Shown: positions 50,554 through 59,993 of the stretch, one piece after another
Layout of the letters: every line of letters starts with the position of its first letter
Position numbering within the stretch: position 1 is the stretch's first letter
NCBI GenBank assembly: GCA_965224705.1
Contig: OZ245056.1
Span: forward strand, 896,001 to 960,000
Length of the DNA: 64,000 nt
Direction of reading: 5' to 3'
From: Spirochaetaceae bacterium
Lineage (GTDB): Bacteria > Spirochaetota > Spirochaetia > DSM-2461
The notes under the pieces: generated by a model
The model's database searches: none
The model's input: only the letters and a program-made list of their open reading frames with translations
What the model was told of the DNA's origin: nothing
Translations under genes and position numbers: made by a program

Positions 50554-51060
50554 TTGAGACCCAAAAACAATGTTATTCTTACTTTGTGTGTGCTTTTATC
50601 GACAGTAATACCTGTCTTCTTTCTGAGTTCATGTAAGACTCTGGATAAACTTGCAGCAGGAGAACCCCTGCTTTCAGGCAATATCACTGAAACGAAAAAC
50701 ACCAGAGAAGGAGGACTTGCTCCGAATGAAGGCAACTTCTTACCCGAATGGCTTCAAGGAGATTGGGCCGTAGAGAGTGACCCCGGGATCCTGGGCTATA
50801 CTATTACCCCCAATGAAATCAGGTATCTTGGAAAGATAGGGCTTCTTGAAACCTATAAGGATGCACTTATGGAAGACCAGGGCTATACTCTCGAATACTT
50901 TGTTACAACCGATGAAGAGGCCTTGTTTGAACTTGAGGCTGGTGCCGATGATCAGTATCGACTGTTCGTCCGTGCAGTCAAAGAGGATACAGGTGTCACC
51001 GTGTTTATCTGGGGGATGAACGAAGAAAAAGATACTAAACTTATACCCTATAAAAAATAG
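50554..51060 (+). CDS. Hypothetical lipoprotein
   Basis: Signal peptide ending in FFLSSC lipobox; 168 aa. Confidence 0.7.
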   Translation: MRPKNNVILTLCVLLSTVIPVFFLSSCKTLDKLAAGEPLLSGNITETKNTREGGLAPNEGNFLPEWLQGDWAVESDPGILGYTITPNEIRYLGKIGLLETYKDALMEDQGYTLEYFVTTDEEALFELEAGADDQYRLFVRAVKEDTGVTVFIWGMNEEKDTKLIPYKK

Positions 51061-51089
51061 AGGAATATTGCGCCCTGAACCGCATTTAT

Positions 51090-51252
51090 AGAGTCTGCCG
51101 GACTTTAAGGCTTCGAGGTGATTTTTGATAGTTTTTTCCTGATGCAAGGCGACAAAAACTTAAGCGTAACTGGGCTACGTGAGTATTCTGGCAACGCGGT
51201 AGCGAAAAAAAAGGCAAAAATCGAACCGTGAGGCGTAAGTCCGGCAGATTCC
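51090..51252 (-). mobile_element. MITE-like element, copy 3 (163 bp, more diverged)
   Basis: Same sequence and orientation as copy 2, with substitutions; AT on both flanks. Confidence 0.8.
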
Positions 51253-51490
51253 ATGCTTCCTGCATCATGGACAATGGCGGACATAGTCCTGTTTACTTCC
51301 CTTATACATTACCTGAAAATACGGTTGATGAACTCCTTATTGACAAATAGGACACTGATGTTAATAATACGGCATGACGAGATACCGGTGTAATCCTCCT
51401 CTTGAGATGTAGCGGTCGATTTATGGGAATCTCAGCATCCAACCGATTACTCAATTCGGAGCACACTTTAGAAATTAACAGGAGATATGA

Positions 51491-52426
51491 ATGCTTGATT
51501 TAACACTGACCAAAGACCTCACAGAACTAGTAACGAAGAGCTTTTCTTTCAATGACATTGAGTTGTTGGGAAAATACATCTTCAAGAAATACAGCACCCA
51601 CAAACTGGAGAAGATGGAAGAGTATATGTCAATCTCTGTTTCAACTGCCGCAAGGAGATTGATTACTGAATGTGAGGACAAGAACAAGCTTGATGATCTT
51701 ATAGTCTTCATCCTGGAAGCAGACGGCACTTCTTTAAATGGAAAGACGGTTACAGTACAGGGATTGGAAAACTTCCTGTATCGATTATCCCGTACCGGTA
51801 GATTTTTTGATTTCAATAAAAGAAAAATAGTATCCTATGACAGAGACAAAACCTTATTGCCAAACTGGGGAACCTTGCGGGAAGGAAAGCTGTATCCCAT
51901 TGTAATTGCATCGGTTGATATTTGTAAAAACTCTGAACTGGTCAAAAAATATAAACCATCTGTTATGGAAAAAGTCTATTTTCGGTTCTCAAATCACTTA
52001 AAACAGAAACTGGAAATCTACAACGGCAGAGTATGGTCATGGGCAGGCGATGGAGGTCTGATAGCCTTCAGAAATGAAAAAGGACCGGAACGGGCGGTCG
52101 CATGCTGTCTTGAAGTATTATTAACAATGCCTATTTTTAACAGATCTTCACAAGTACCAATAGAAGAGCATATAGATTTGAGAATTGGAATGGATATGGG
52201 GGATGTGAAGTTTTCCAATGATACAGGTAGAATTGTTTCGGATGTTATCAATTTCGCAGCTCATCTTGAAAAAAGCGGTACAGAAGTAAATGGAATTTCG
52301 ATATCAGAGAAAATCTATGAAAAACTATCAAAGGCCCTTAAAGATGCTTTTATATCAACCCGTGAGTTTGAAGGAAGAGAGACTCATGGAATGAGAAGCA
52401 GCGATGTTTTTTCAATCCAATCATAG
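51491..52426 (+). CDS. Class III adenylate/guanylate cyclase-domain protein
   Basis: ASVDI, AGDGGL, LRIGMDMG and SDVINFAAHLE motifs; AGGAG SD. Confidence 0.8.
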   Translation: MLDLTLTKDLTELVTKSFSFNDIELLGKYIFKKYSTHKLEKMEEYMSISVSTAARRLITECEDKNKLDDLIVFILEADGTSLNGKTVTVQGLENFLYRLSRTGRFFDFNKRKIVSYDRDKTLLPNWGTLREGKLYPIVIASVDICKNSELVKKYKPSVMEKVYFRFSNHLKQKLEIYNGRVWSWAGDGGLIAFRNEKGPERAVACCLEVLLTMPIFNRSSQVPIEEHIDLRIGMDMGDVKFSNDTGRIVSDVINFAAHLEKSGTEVNGISISEKIYEKLSKALKDAFISTREFEGRETHGMRSSDVFSIQS

Positions 52427-52961
52427 TTGATATCACATTTCAGGTGCCGAAAAACAGATTTAGAAAACTGACGAAAAGGTTTCCTCCTGTCTGCGCACAG
52501 TGTTAGAAAGTAAAAAACCATTTTGCATCCCCAATGCTGATAGTCCTGATTCTATCGGTATCCCCATTTCTTTGGGAAAAATCCGAAGAACAACTATATT
52601 GAGTAAAAACTTCTCCTTACCCAGGTCAATGCAAACAGGCATCTACAAGCTTTCTGACACCGGGTAATCACTAAAAAAGTAAAAACTCCTTGTAAAAATC
52701 CTCGCCTTTTGATACAGTTACTGAGAATATGTATTGATTTTAATCGCTTAATACTCTGCCTGAAATGGATTTGAACCATATGGTCGCGGGTTCAATGTTC
52801 GTATTGAAAGGGCCGTTTGGAAAATGCCTATGGATTGCCGGTCATCGGATACGGCACAGGCTTGAGCATCAGGTTTTTTTGGGAATCGGACTGGCACTTC
52901 TGAATGCTGAAGGGAATGATGCCTCCGAATGACTGACAATCAAACGGCCCACACTATTCAA

Positions 52962-53250
52962 GGAGTCTGTCGGACTTTAAGGCTTCGAGGCGATTTTTGA
53001 TGATTTTTTTTCCGATACAAGGCGGCAAAAGCGGAGCGTAGCTGGGCTACGTGAGTATTTTGGCAACGCAGCTGCAGGGGATGCGAGTCTATAAACTCGC
53101 ATCCTGAGAGAGTGCCGAGCGATAGCGAGGAAAAGCCGCCACGGATGGCGGCGAAAACGAACGAAGGCGGCTCGGAAGAAGCAAGCAGGAGGCTTGCTTC
53201 TGGAGAGAAGGGCAAAAATCGAGCCGTGAGGCGTAAGTCCGGCAGGCTCC
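52962..53250 (-). mobile_element. MITE-like element, copy 4, with a ~125-nt internal structured insert
   Basis: Both arms match copy 2; extra sequence at 53077-53201. Confidence 0.8.
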
Positions 53251-53457
53251 AGGGGAATCATCTGCAGCTTTGCGGTACCTGGCCAGGATTACAGGAAATG
53301 CATATCACCGGTGACGATACCAGACGGAATGAAGAGAATAAGCCCCTGATACATGAAAGGTAACAATGCTAGTAAATGATTACTGGGCTTCATACTGACA
53401 TGGTGAAGCCTTCAGTCCAGGATAGACAACACCCCTTGATCCCCGGGAGGACAAAAA

Positions 53458-55173
53458 GTGCATCTCAGTAAAAAAATATACCAGACTATTGTGAGCAGTA
53501 TGAGTACCGGTGTTGTGGTTCTGAATGCAATGGACAAAATAATCTACTACAATTCTGAGATTAACAACCTGCTGACAGATAGACCAAAAAAGGAGAGGAT
53601 CAGTTCTTTATACCAGCTGATTGTCCAGATCAGAAAGAATCTGTTAATCGGCAGACAGGAAGAATTTGTCGGCCAGAGCGTAAAAATAGAAGAAAGAGAG
53701 TTCAGAGTTACAGGTATTTTATCCACTGACAACGACATACCCGCTGCCTATATTTTTTTGATTCAGGATGTTACGGAGCTCTTGAATGTTTACCGTCAAT
53801 ACTCAGAGGGCAAACTGTACATCGACGTACTGAACACGGTATTTGACTGTACTGATGACTGGTACACGGTGGTGGACAAAAATGGAATTATTACAATGCT
53901 CAGCAAGTCCTACAAGGAGTTTCTGGGCGATGAGGAAGCTGTAGGGAAGCATGTTACAGAGGTTATTGATAATACACGTATGCACATAGTCGTCAAAACA
54001 GGGAAAAAGGAGATAGGGGATATTCAAAGGATAAAGGGCAACAAAATGATTGCCACGCGTATTCCCATCAAGAAGGATGGAGAAATTATCGGAGCGGTAG
54101 GGAAAGTAATGTTTAAGGATATTACTGATTTCTACGAACTGAGTAAAAAAATCGAAACTCTTGAGAAACAAGTGCAAATATACAAAAATGAGTTAGTTCA
54201 GGATAAAAAGCCTGATGCTACTTTCTCCAGTATACTCGGTAAAAACAAAAAACTACAGCATAATATAATTCTTGCAAGAAAGGCAGCAAACAGCGATTCC
54301 AGTATTTTATTGACAGGTGAAAGTGGAACAGGAAAGGAACTGTTCGTCAACGCTATTCACAATACCAGCAAACGATATTCAGGCCCATTAGTCAAGATTA
54401 ACTGTTCTGTGATACCAAAGGATCTGATTGAGTCTGAATTGTTTGGTTATGTGCAGGGTGCGTTTACAGGTGCCTCCAGGTTCGGTAAGCTTGGCAAGTT
54501 TGAACTTGCAAACGGCGGCACTTTGTTTTTAGATGAAATCGGAGATATGCCTCTGGATATGCAGGTAAAACTCCTTCGAGTTATTCAGGAGAAAGAAATA
54601 AATCCGCTGGGAAGTCAGAAAACTAAGAAAATTGACATCAGGCTCATAAGTGCAACAAACAAGAAATTGGATAAACTCATGCTTGAAAAAAAATTCAGGG
54701 AAGACCTGTACTACCGTCTCAATGTTTTCACTATTCACCTGCAGCCACTGAGAGAACGTATTGAAGATATTGACGAAATCGCAGAATACATACGGCAAAA
54801 AATCTCATCACAGCTAGACATTTATACAGTTGGTTTCTCGGAAGAAACCATGGAATGCTTCAGGAGCTATCATTGGCCTGGCAATATCCGGGAATTAGAG
54901 AATGTTATCGAACGTGCAATTCTCCTTCTGGATGATGACACACTCATCCAGCCGCAACACCTTCCCAAACAACTGTACAGCGCAACATCAGAAACCCTGA
55001 CACCCCTTCCCGATCAATCATTGTCAGAGCTGATTGGAAAGATGGAAAAAGAAGTAATCAGCTCGAAACTGAGAGAATTCAATGGCAATAAAAACAAAGT
55101 CTCCAGAGTATTGGGCATCAGCCGAACGGGACTTTACAAAAAAATTGAACGCTACAAGATATCAACTGTCTGA
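53458..55173 (+). CDS. Sigma54-dependent transcriptional activator (PAS-PAS-AAA+-Fis HTH)
   Basis: GESGTGKE, ESELFGY..GAFTGA, FLDEIG, WPGNIREL and C-terminal LGISRTGLYKK motifs. Confidence 0.95.
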   Translation: MHLSKKIYQTIVSSMSTGVVVLNAMDKIIYYNSEINNLLTDRPKKERISSLYQLIVQIRKNLLIGRQEEFVGQSVKIEEREFRVTGILSTDNDIPAAYIFLIQDVTELLNVYRQYSEGKLYIDVLNTVFDCTDDWYTVVDKNGIITMLSKSYKEFLGDEEAVGKHVTEVIDNTRMHIVVKTGKKEIGDIQRIKGNKMIATRIPIKKDGEIIGAVGKVMFKDITDFYELSKKIETLEKQVQIYKNELVQDKKPDATFSSILGKNKKLQHNIILARKAANSDSSILLTGESGTGKELFVNAIHNTSKRYSGPLVKINCSVIPKDLIESELFGYVQGAFTGASRFGKLGKFELANGGTLFLDEIGDMPLDMQVKLLRVIQEKEINPLGSQKTKKIDIRLISATNKKLDKLMLEKKFREDLYYRLNVFTIHLQPLRERIEDIDEIAEYIRQKISSQLDIYTVGFSEETMECFRSYHWPGNIRELENVIERAILLLDDDTLIQPQHLPKQLYSATSETLTPLPDQSLSELIGKMEKEVISSKLREFNGNKNKVSRVLGISRTGLYKKIERYKISTV

Positions 55174-55321
55174 CATGGGCAAACGGATGATGTTCTCCAG
55201 TAGATTGAGGCATTCCGGTTAAGAGGGAACATGATGATGGGTACATGTTTCGAGACAATGACTGGATTATGGATTAGCCATGTTATCAGGGAAAAACACT
55301 GTTAATCAGACATTATCGAGC

Positions 55322-55470
55322 TGTCAACAAATTTCACATGTCAATATAGTTTACACATCCAGGCAAACTGCGGTCGATTTTCAGCTTGAATCCTGAAATA
55401 GATCCTGGTAATCCCTACATTGCCCGAAAATGGGTGTTGCAGCAGACTTATATTGTCAACAATGCGTACA
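55322..55470 (+). promoter_or_regulatory. Putative enhancer (UAS) sites TGTCAA-N8-ACA, three copies
   Basis: 55322-55338, 55339-55355 and 55454-55470, upstream of the sigma54 promoter. Confidence 0.65.
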
Positions 55471-55561
55471 CTTTGAAGCGTCTACATGCTTCGCTGTTCA
55501 TAGTATATCGAATAAATCAACATTCAAACCCCTTGTAGCCACCCACATGACAGTAAAAACC

Positions 55562-55577
55562 TGGCACAGTTCTTGCT
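55562..55577 (+). promoter_or_regulatory. Sigma54 (-24/-12) promoter
   Basis: TGGCACAGTTCTTGCT matches TGGCAC-N5-TTGCW; adjacent to a sigma54 activator gene. Confidence 0.88.
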
Positions 55578-55610
55578 AGAACAATAGTATTAACTATATA
55601 GGAGGGACGC

Positions 55611-56066
55611 ATGTTCCAAATTTCTGATAAAGCACGAGATGTCCTCGTTGTGCTTTCGGCTTTTTTATGGGGGGGACTGGTTATCGTGAGTTGGATCGGG
55701 AATGATTTGCTGAGTTTAGCCGGCCTCATATCCGCTTCGATCCTGATGATGATAATCTTCGTTCTCGGTACAACGGTCAACAACGAAATGGGGAAAAAGA
55801 TTCCGCTTTTTTATCCCATTGTTCTAAGTGCTGTCTTCTGGGTGATGGCATTTTTGATGGCTTATACAACGCGGGGAGAAACATCTTCATTCATTCTCGG
55901 ATTTCATCCCGGGCAATTCTGGTCGTTACTGTTTTTCTGGATCGGTGGGTTTGGGACTGTAATGCTCAGTTACAGCCTGTACTTCGACACCCATTGTTTA
56001 CCGAAAAAAACCTGGGATACCTTTATTGAAGAGGTGCAGCAGATCAAAGCAGGGAAGGAGAGTTAA
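55611..56066 (+). CDS. Small membrane protein, probable symporter accessory subunit
   Basis: About four TM helices; GGAGG SD; immediately precedes the SSS gene. Confidence 0.75.
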   Translation: MFQISDKARDVLVVLSAFLWGGLVIVSWIGNDLLSLAGLISASILMMIIFVLGTTVNNEMGKKIPLFYPIVLSAVFWVMAFLMAYTTRGETSSFILGFHPGQFWSLLFFWIGGFGTVMLSYSLYFDTHCLPKKTWDTFIEEVQQIKAGKES

Positions 56067-56069
56067 ATC

Positions 56070-57563
56070 GTGCAGAATGTTGAACAACTAATTGAACCCA
56101 ATGTTTTTACAATTTCATTTTCAGCTATATTCATCGTGATATCCATTGCTATTGGACTGTATGCGGCAAAAAAAGCAAAAACGGCTGAGCAGTTCTTTGG
56201 AGGAACCAAGAGCTTTGGACCCTGGACAATCGCCCTGGCATCTGCTGCGGCAATTATGAGTGCATTTGGATTTATCGGAGGCCCTGGACTTGTGTATAAA
56301 CTGGGTTTCTCATCAATCTGGATTACAATCGCCGCTGGAACAGCGTTTACCTATGCCTACTGGGTGATGGGTAAGCGAATGCGCGGTATGGCTGAGATAA
56401 CCAGTGTGGCAACCCTCCCGGACATCGCCCGATTCAGGTTCAAAAGCGAGGCCGTACGTGCGCTGCTGGCAATCGGGCTGTTACTGGCAGCCATTGCCTA
56501 TCTGTCATCGCAGGTAAAAGGCGGGGCGAAACTTGTAACACAAATGCTGGGTGTTAATGAGAATACTGCTGTACTCATCCTGTTTGGTACAACACTGATT
56601 TATATGACAACCAGCGGTATGGCCGGTAGTATACTGACCGATGCGTTTCAGGGATTCATCATGATCCTGGGTGTCCTGGGTGTCGTCATCGGCTTCTTCA
56701 TCCTGACTGGCGGTAATGCCATGCCGGTCATACAAAAAGCCGAAGGGTTCGGCCCTAAATTCGTTGACGGAATTGGCGCAGTACCGATACATTCCATTAT
56801 CACGTATGTTGTGGTGTTCTTCGTCGGTATGATGGGGCAGCCTCAGATGCTCAGCAAAATGTACTCACTGAAGGATCCAAAGGGCCTGAAGAAGGCTGGT
56901 ATTCTCAGCGGTCTTACCTATGCCGTTGCTTCATTGGTCTGGCTGTTGGTCGGTTATGGTGCGTTGTACATTGTCGCCAGTGGCGGCAGTGAGCCTCTTC
57001 AGGATGCGGACAAAGCGGCCTTCCTGTTCTTAAGCAAAATGAATGTAGGTATTCAGGCATTTGTTATGGCAGCCCTTCTGGCCGCTATTATGTCCACTGC
57101 CAGTTTCTTTATTTCGCTGGGAACCGGTTCAGTAACCCGTGATCTTTTTGAAGCTTTTGGTCATAAGATACAACCCGATAAGCAGGTAAACGTGGGCCGT
57201 ATCCTGACCATAGTCGTTACAGCATTAGCTGTTGCCTTTGGATATCTTGGCGGTGAGATGGTCGCCATTTTAGGTACTCTGGGATGGGGATTCTTTGTCT
57301 CGGTTACTCTGCCTACTTTCACATTGGGATTGCTCTGGAAGCGCACCTCAAAGGAAGGGATCCTCTGTGGTTTGACTGTTGCCATTATACTGAATGTCGG
57401 CCTGGTATTATTACAGAGGGGGGGAATCTTCAAGCTTCCTTTTCCTTATTACCTGCTCTCCATAAGCGCGGCCTATGCCGTAACCGTATTGGTCTCGTTT
57501 TTTACAACTACAGCGGCAGGAGACGATATGCCAGAGGAAATCAAACCACTTTTTAATCTTTAA
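56070..57563 (+). CDS. Sodium:solute symporter (PutP/PanF family)
   Basis: SAFGFIGGPG, TDAFQG, LLAAIMST and LGLLWKR motifs. Confidence 0.92.
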   Translation: MQNVEQLIEPNVFTISFSAIFIVISIAIGLYAAKKAKTAEQFFGGTKSFGPWTIALASAAAIMSAFGFIGGPGLVYKLGFSSIWITIAAGTAFTYAYWVMGKRMRGMAEITSVATLPDIARFRFKSEAVRALLAIGLLLAAIAYLSSQVKGGAKLVTQMLGVNENTAVLILFGTTLIYMTTSGMAGSILTDAFQGFIMILGVLGVVIGFFILTGGNAMPVIQKAEGFGPKFVDGIGAVPIHSIITYVVVFFVGMMGQPQMLSKMYSLKDPKGLKKAGILSGLTYAVASLVWLLVGYGALYIVASGGSEPLQDADKAAFLFLSKMNVGIQAFVMAALLAAIMSTASFFISLGTGSVTRDLFEAFGHKIQPDKQVNVGRILTIVVTALAVAFGYLGGEMVAILGTLGWGFFVSVTLPTFTLGLLWKRTSKEGILCGLTVAIILNVGLVLLQRGGIFKLPFPYYLLSISAAYAVTVLVSFFTTTAAGDDMPEEIKPLFNL

Positions 57564-57693
57564 ACAATGCGGAGAGGAGTTTCTCCCGTCATTTAAAGAA
57601 CCGATAAGAACGGAGGATTCTTCCATCCTTTGTTCTTATCCGGGTTTGAAATTCAACAGAACTGTGAGAAATACAATCTATAGGGGATGATAT

Positions 57694-59601
57694 ATGAACA
57701 ATAACAGAACTAACCCTTTCTTATCTATTTCAAATGAACAAAAAGGGAAAATCGTTACAAAAGAACAGGCCGTCAAACTCATAAAGGACAACGATGTAAT
57801 TGCTACCAGTGGGTTTGTCGGCATAGGCTTCGCTGAAGAATTAGCCATAGCCCTGGAACAACGCTTTATGGCGACCGGCCAACCAAAAAATCTAACATTG
57901 GTATATGCTGCGGGACAGGGAGACGGCAAGACTCGAGGGCTCAATCATCTGGGTCAGGAAGGTTTGATTAAAAGAGTCGTAGGCGGGCATTGGGGCTTAG
58001 CTCCCGAACTGCAAAAACTGGCCATAGCGAATAAAATTGAAGCATACAATTTTCCACAGGGTGTCATTTCTCACATGTTCAGGGATATTGCTTCTCATAG
58101 ACCACGGACCATTACTCATGTCGGATTGGGTTCTTTCGCCGATCCTCGTCTCGGAGGTGGAAAGATCAATTCCAAAACCATCGAAGATTTGGTGGAAGTG
58201 ATTCAGTTCGACGGCAGAGACTATCTGGCCTATAAGCCTTTTCCAATCGATATTGCCTTCCTCAGAGGAACGACAGCCGATATCAATGGCAATGTTACCA
58301 TGGAAAAAGAGGCCCTCACAACCGAGGCATTAGCCATTGCTTCGGCGGTGAGAAATTCAGGCGGGTTTGTCATTGTTCAGGTGGAAAGAATCGCGGATGC
58401 CCAAACCCTGAACGCTCGACAGGTGAAAATCCCGGGGATTCTGGTTGACTGTGTCGTCAAAGTCGAAGATATGGAAAACCACTGGCAAACTTTCGGTGTT
58501 AAATATGATCCAGCGTTCAGCTGTGAAATCCGAAGGCCACTATCATCAATTGAGTCGATGCCTCTCGATGCAAGAAAGATCATTGCCCGCCGCTCAGCCT
58601 TTGAGCTGGCTCCCAATGCCATAGTTAATCTGGGAATAGGAATGCCCGAGGGCATAGCCAATGCGGCTGCGGAAGGACATATTCTTGACTCTTTGACACT
58701 GACGGCGGAACCGGGAGTCATAGGAGGTATACCAGCTGGAGGTTTGAGTTTTGGAGCAGCAACAAACACAGAAGCCGTTGTCGATCAACCCTACCAATTC
58801 GATTTTTATGATGGCGGTGGATTAGATGTATGCTTTCTGGGTCTGGCCCAGGCGGATATGCAGGGAAATCTCAATGTGAGTAAATTCGGTCCGAAACTGG
58901 CAGGGTGCGGAGGATTTATCAACATAAGTCAGAATGCAAAAAAGGTTGTTTTCACCGGATGCTTTACGGCGGGAGGACTGAAAATATCTGTTACTGATGG
59001 GAAATTGTCCATCCTCCAGGAAGGTCGAACCAAAAAATTTGTTAAACAGGTTGAACATGTAACCTTTAGCGGCAAGGTGGCACTTCAGGCCAAACAGCCT
59101 GTTTATTATGTAACGGAACGGTGCGTATTTCATCTGACGGAAAATGGTATGGAATTGCTGGAAGTTGCACCGGGGATCGATGTTGAGAAAGATATTGTGG
59201 CACAAATGGACTTTGAACCCATCATCTCACAGCCGCCCAAATTGATGGAAAGACGCATTTTCCTGGAGGCCCCGCTGGATTTACGGGAAAGAGGTTCCGC
59301 TCTTCCTCTGGAAGATAGATTTTCATACAGAAAAGAGAACAACCAGTTTTTCGTCAATTTTCAGAAACTCTCCATAACCAATGCGGCACAAATTGGAAGG
59401 ATTAAGGAACTCATTGATCACCATTGCCATGCTCTGGAGAATAAGGCACATGCCATTCTCAACTGTGATGGCTTCACGGTACTACCTGAATTGATTGAGG
59501 ACTATGAGGTGATGGTGAAGCAGGTAACGGAGAAGTATTTTGAGGATCCAGCCCGATACAGTGCTCATGTGTTTTCGGCATTGAGATGCGGAGGGATTTG
59601 A
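57694..59601 (+). CDS. Acyl-CoA:acetate CoA-transferase (propionate CoA-transferase/YdiF type) with a C-terminal extension
   Basis: AAGQGDG, GGHWGL, NLGIGMPEG, AEPG (catalytic Glu), GGFINISQ and YVTERCVF motifs. Confidence 0.92.
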   Translation: MNNNRTNPFLSISNEQKGKIVTKEQAVKLIKDNDVIATSGFVGIGFAEELAIALEQRFMATGQPKNLTLVYAAGQGDGKTRGLNHLGQEGLIKRVVGGHWGLAPELQKLAIANKIEAYNFPQGVISHMFRDIASHRPRTITHVGLGSFADPRLGGGKINSKTIEDLVEVIQFDGRDYLAYKPFPIDIAFLRGTTADINGNVTMEKEALTTEALAIASAVRNSGGFVIVQVERIADAQTLNARQVKIPGILVDCVVKVEDMENHWQTFGVKYDPAFSCEIRRPLSSIESMPLDARKIIARRSAFELAPNAIVNLGIGMPEGIANAAAEGHILDSLTLTAEPGVIGGIPAGGLSFGAATNTEAVVDQPYQFDFYDGGGLDVCFLGLAQADMQGNLNVSKFGPKLAGCGGFINISQNAKKVVFTGCFTAGGLKISVTDGKLSILQEGRTKKFVKQVEHVTFSGKVALQAKQPVYYVTERCVFHLTENGMELLEVAPGIDVEKDIVAQMDFEPIISQPPKLMERRIFLEAPLDLRERGSALPLEDRFSYRKENNQFFVNFQKLSITNAAQIGRIKELIDHHCHALENKAHAILNCDGFTVLPELIEDYEVMVKQVTEKYFEDPARYSAHVFSALRCGGI

Positions 59602-59993
59602 ATTGCCGGTATCCGATTAACTGTGTTCTGAATCCGTCAGTAACAATTCAGCTGAGGCAACCCTCCTGATTTCTGCTCACTGTAAAACGGTTTCGAAGTT
59701 CCATGGTCGAGATCAATAGGGTCACATGACCTTCATAAGATCTGTCCGAGTGTTTCGATTTTGCAGTGTCAGGAAGCCTGTTGGATGAAACAAACGCTTC
59801 CATCAAAAGAATTAATATATTATGGAACAACATTTACAAAGTATTCTACCGGATGGGCTTCTCATCGTCCCGGATAAGTAATTCGCTGAATCACAACTAT
59901 CAGTGAGTATTAAATACTATACCGGGCGAGGATTCTCATCTAACCGAATTCAAATGGAATCAGGCAATAACAGGCTTTCTGACACTGAGAGCA

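Noticed and set aside
52430..52950. Three short consecutive minus-strand ORFs, possibly a pseudogene
   Set aside because: No recognisable homology; left unannotated.
40144..53363. Short ORFs sharing 'RCQNTHVAQLRS' (40144, 40151, 51086, 52958, 52977) and 53112-53363
   Set aside because: Translations of the MITE copies, not genes.
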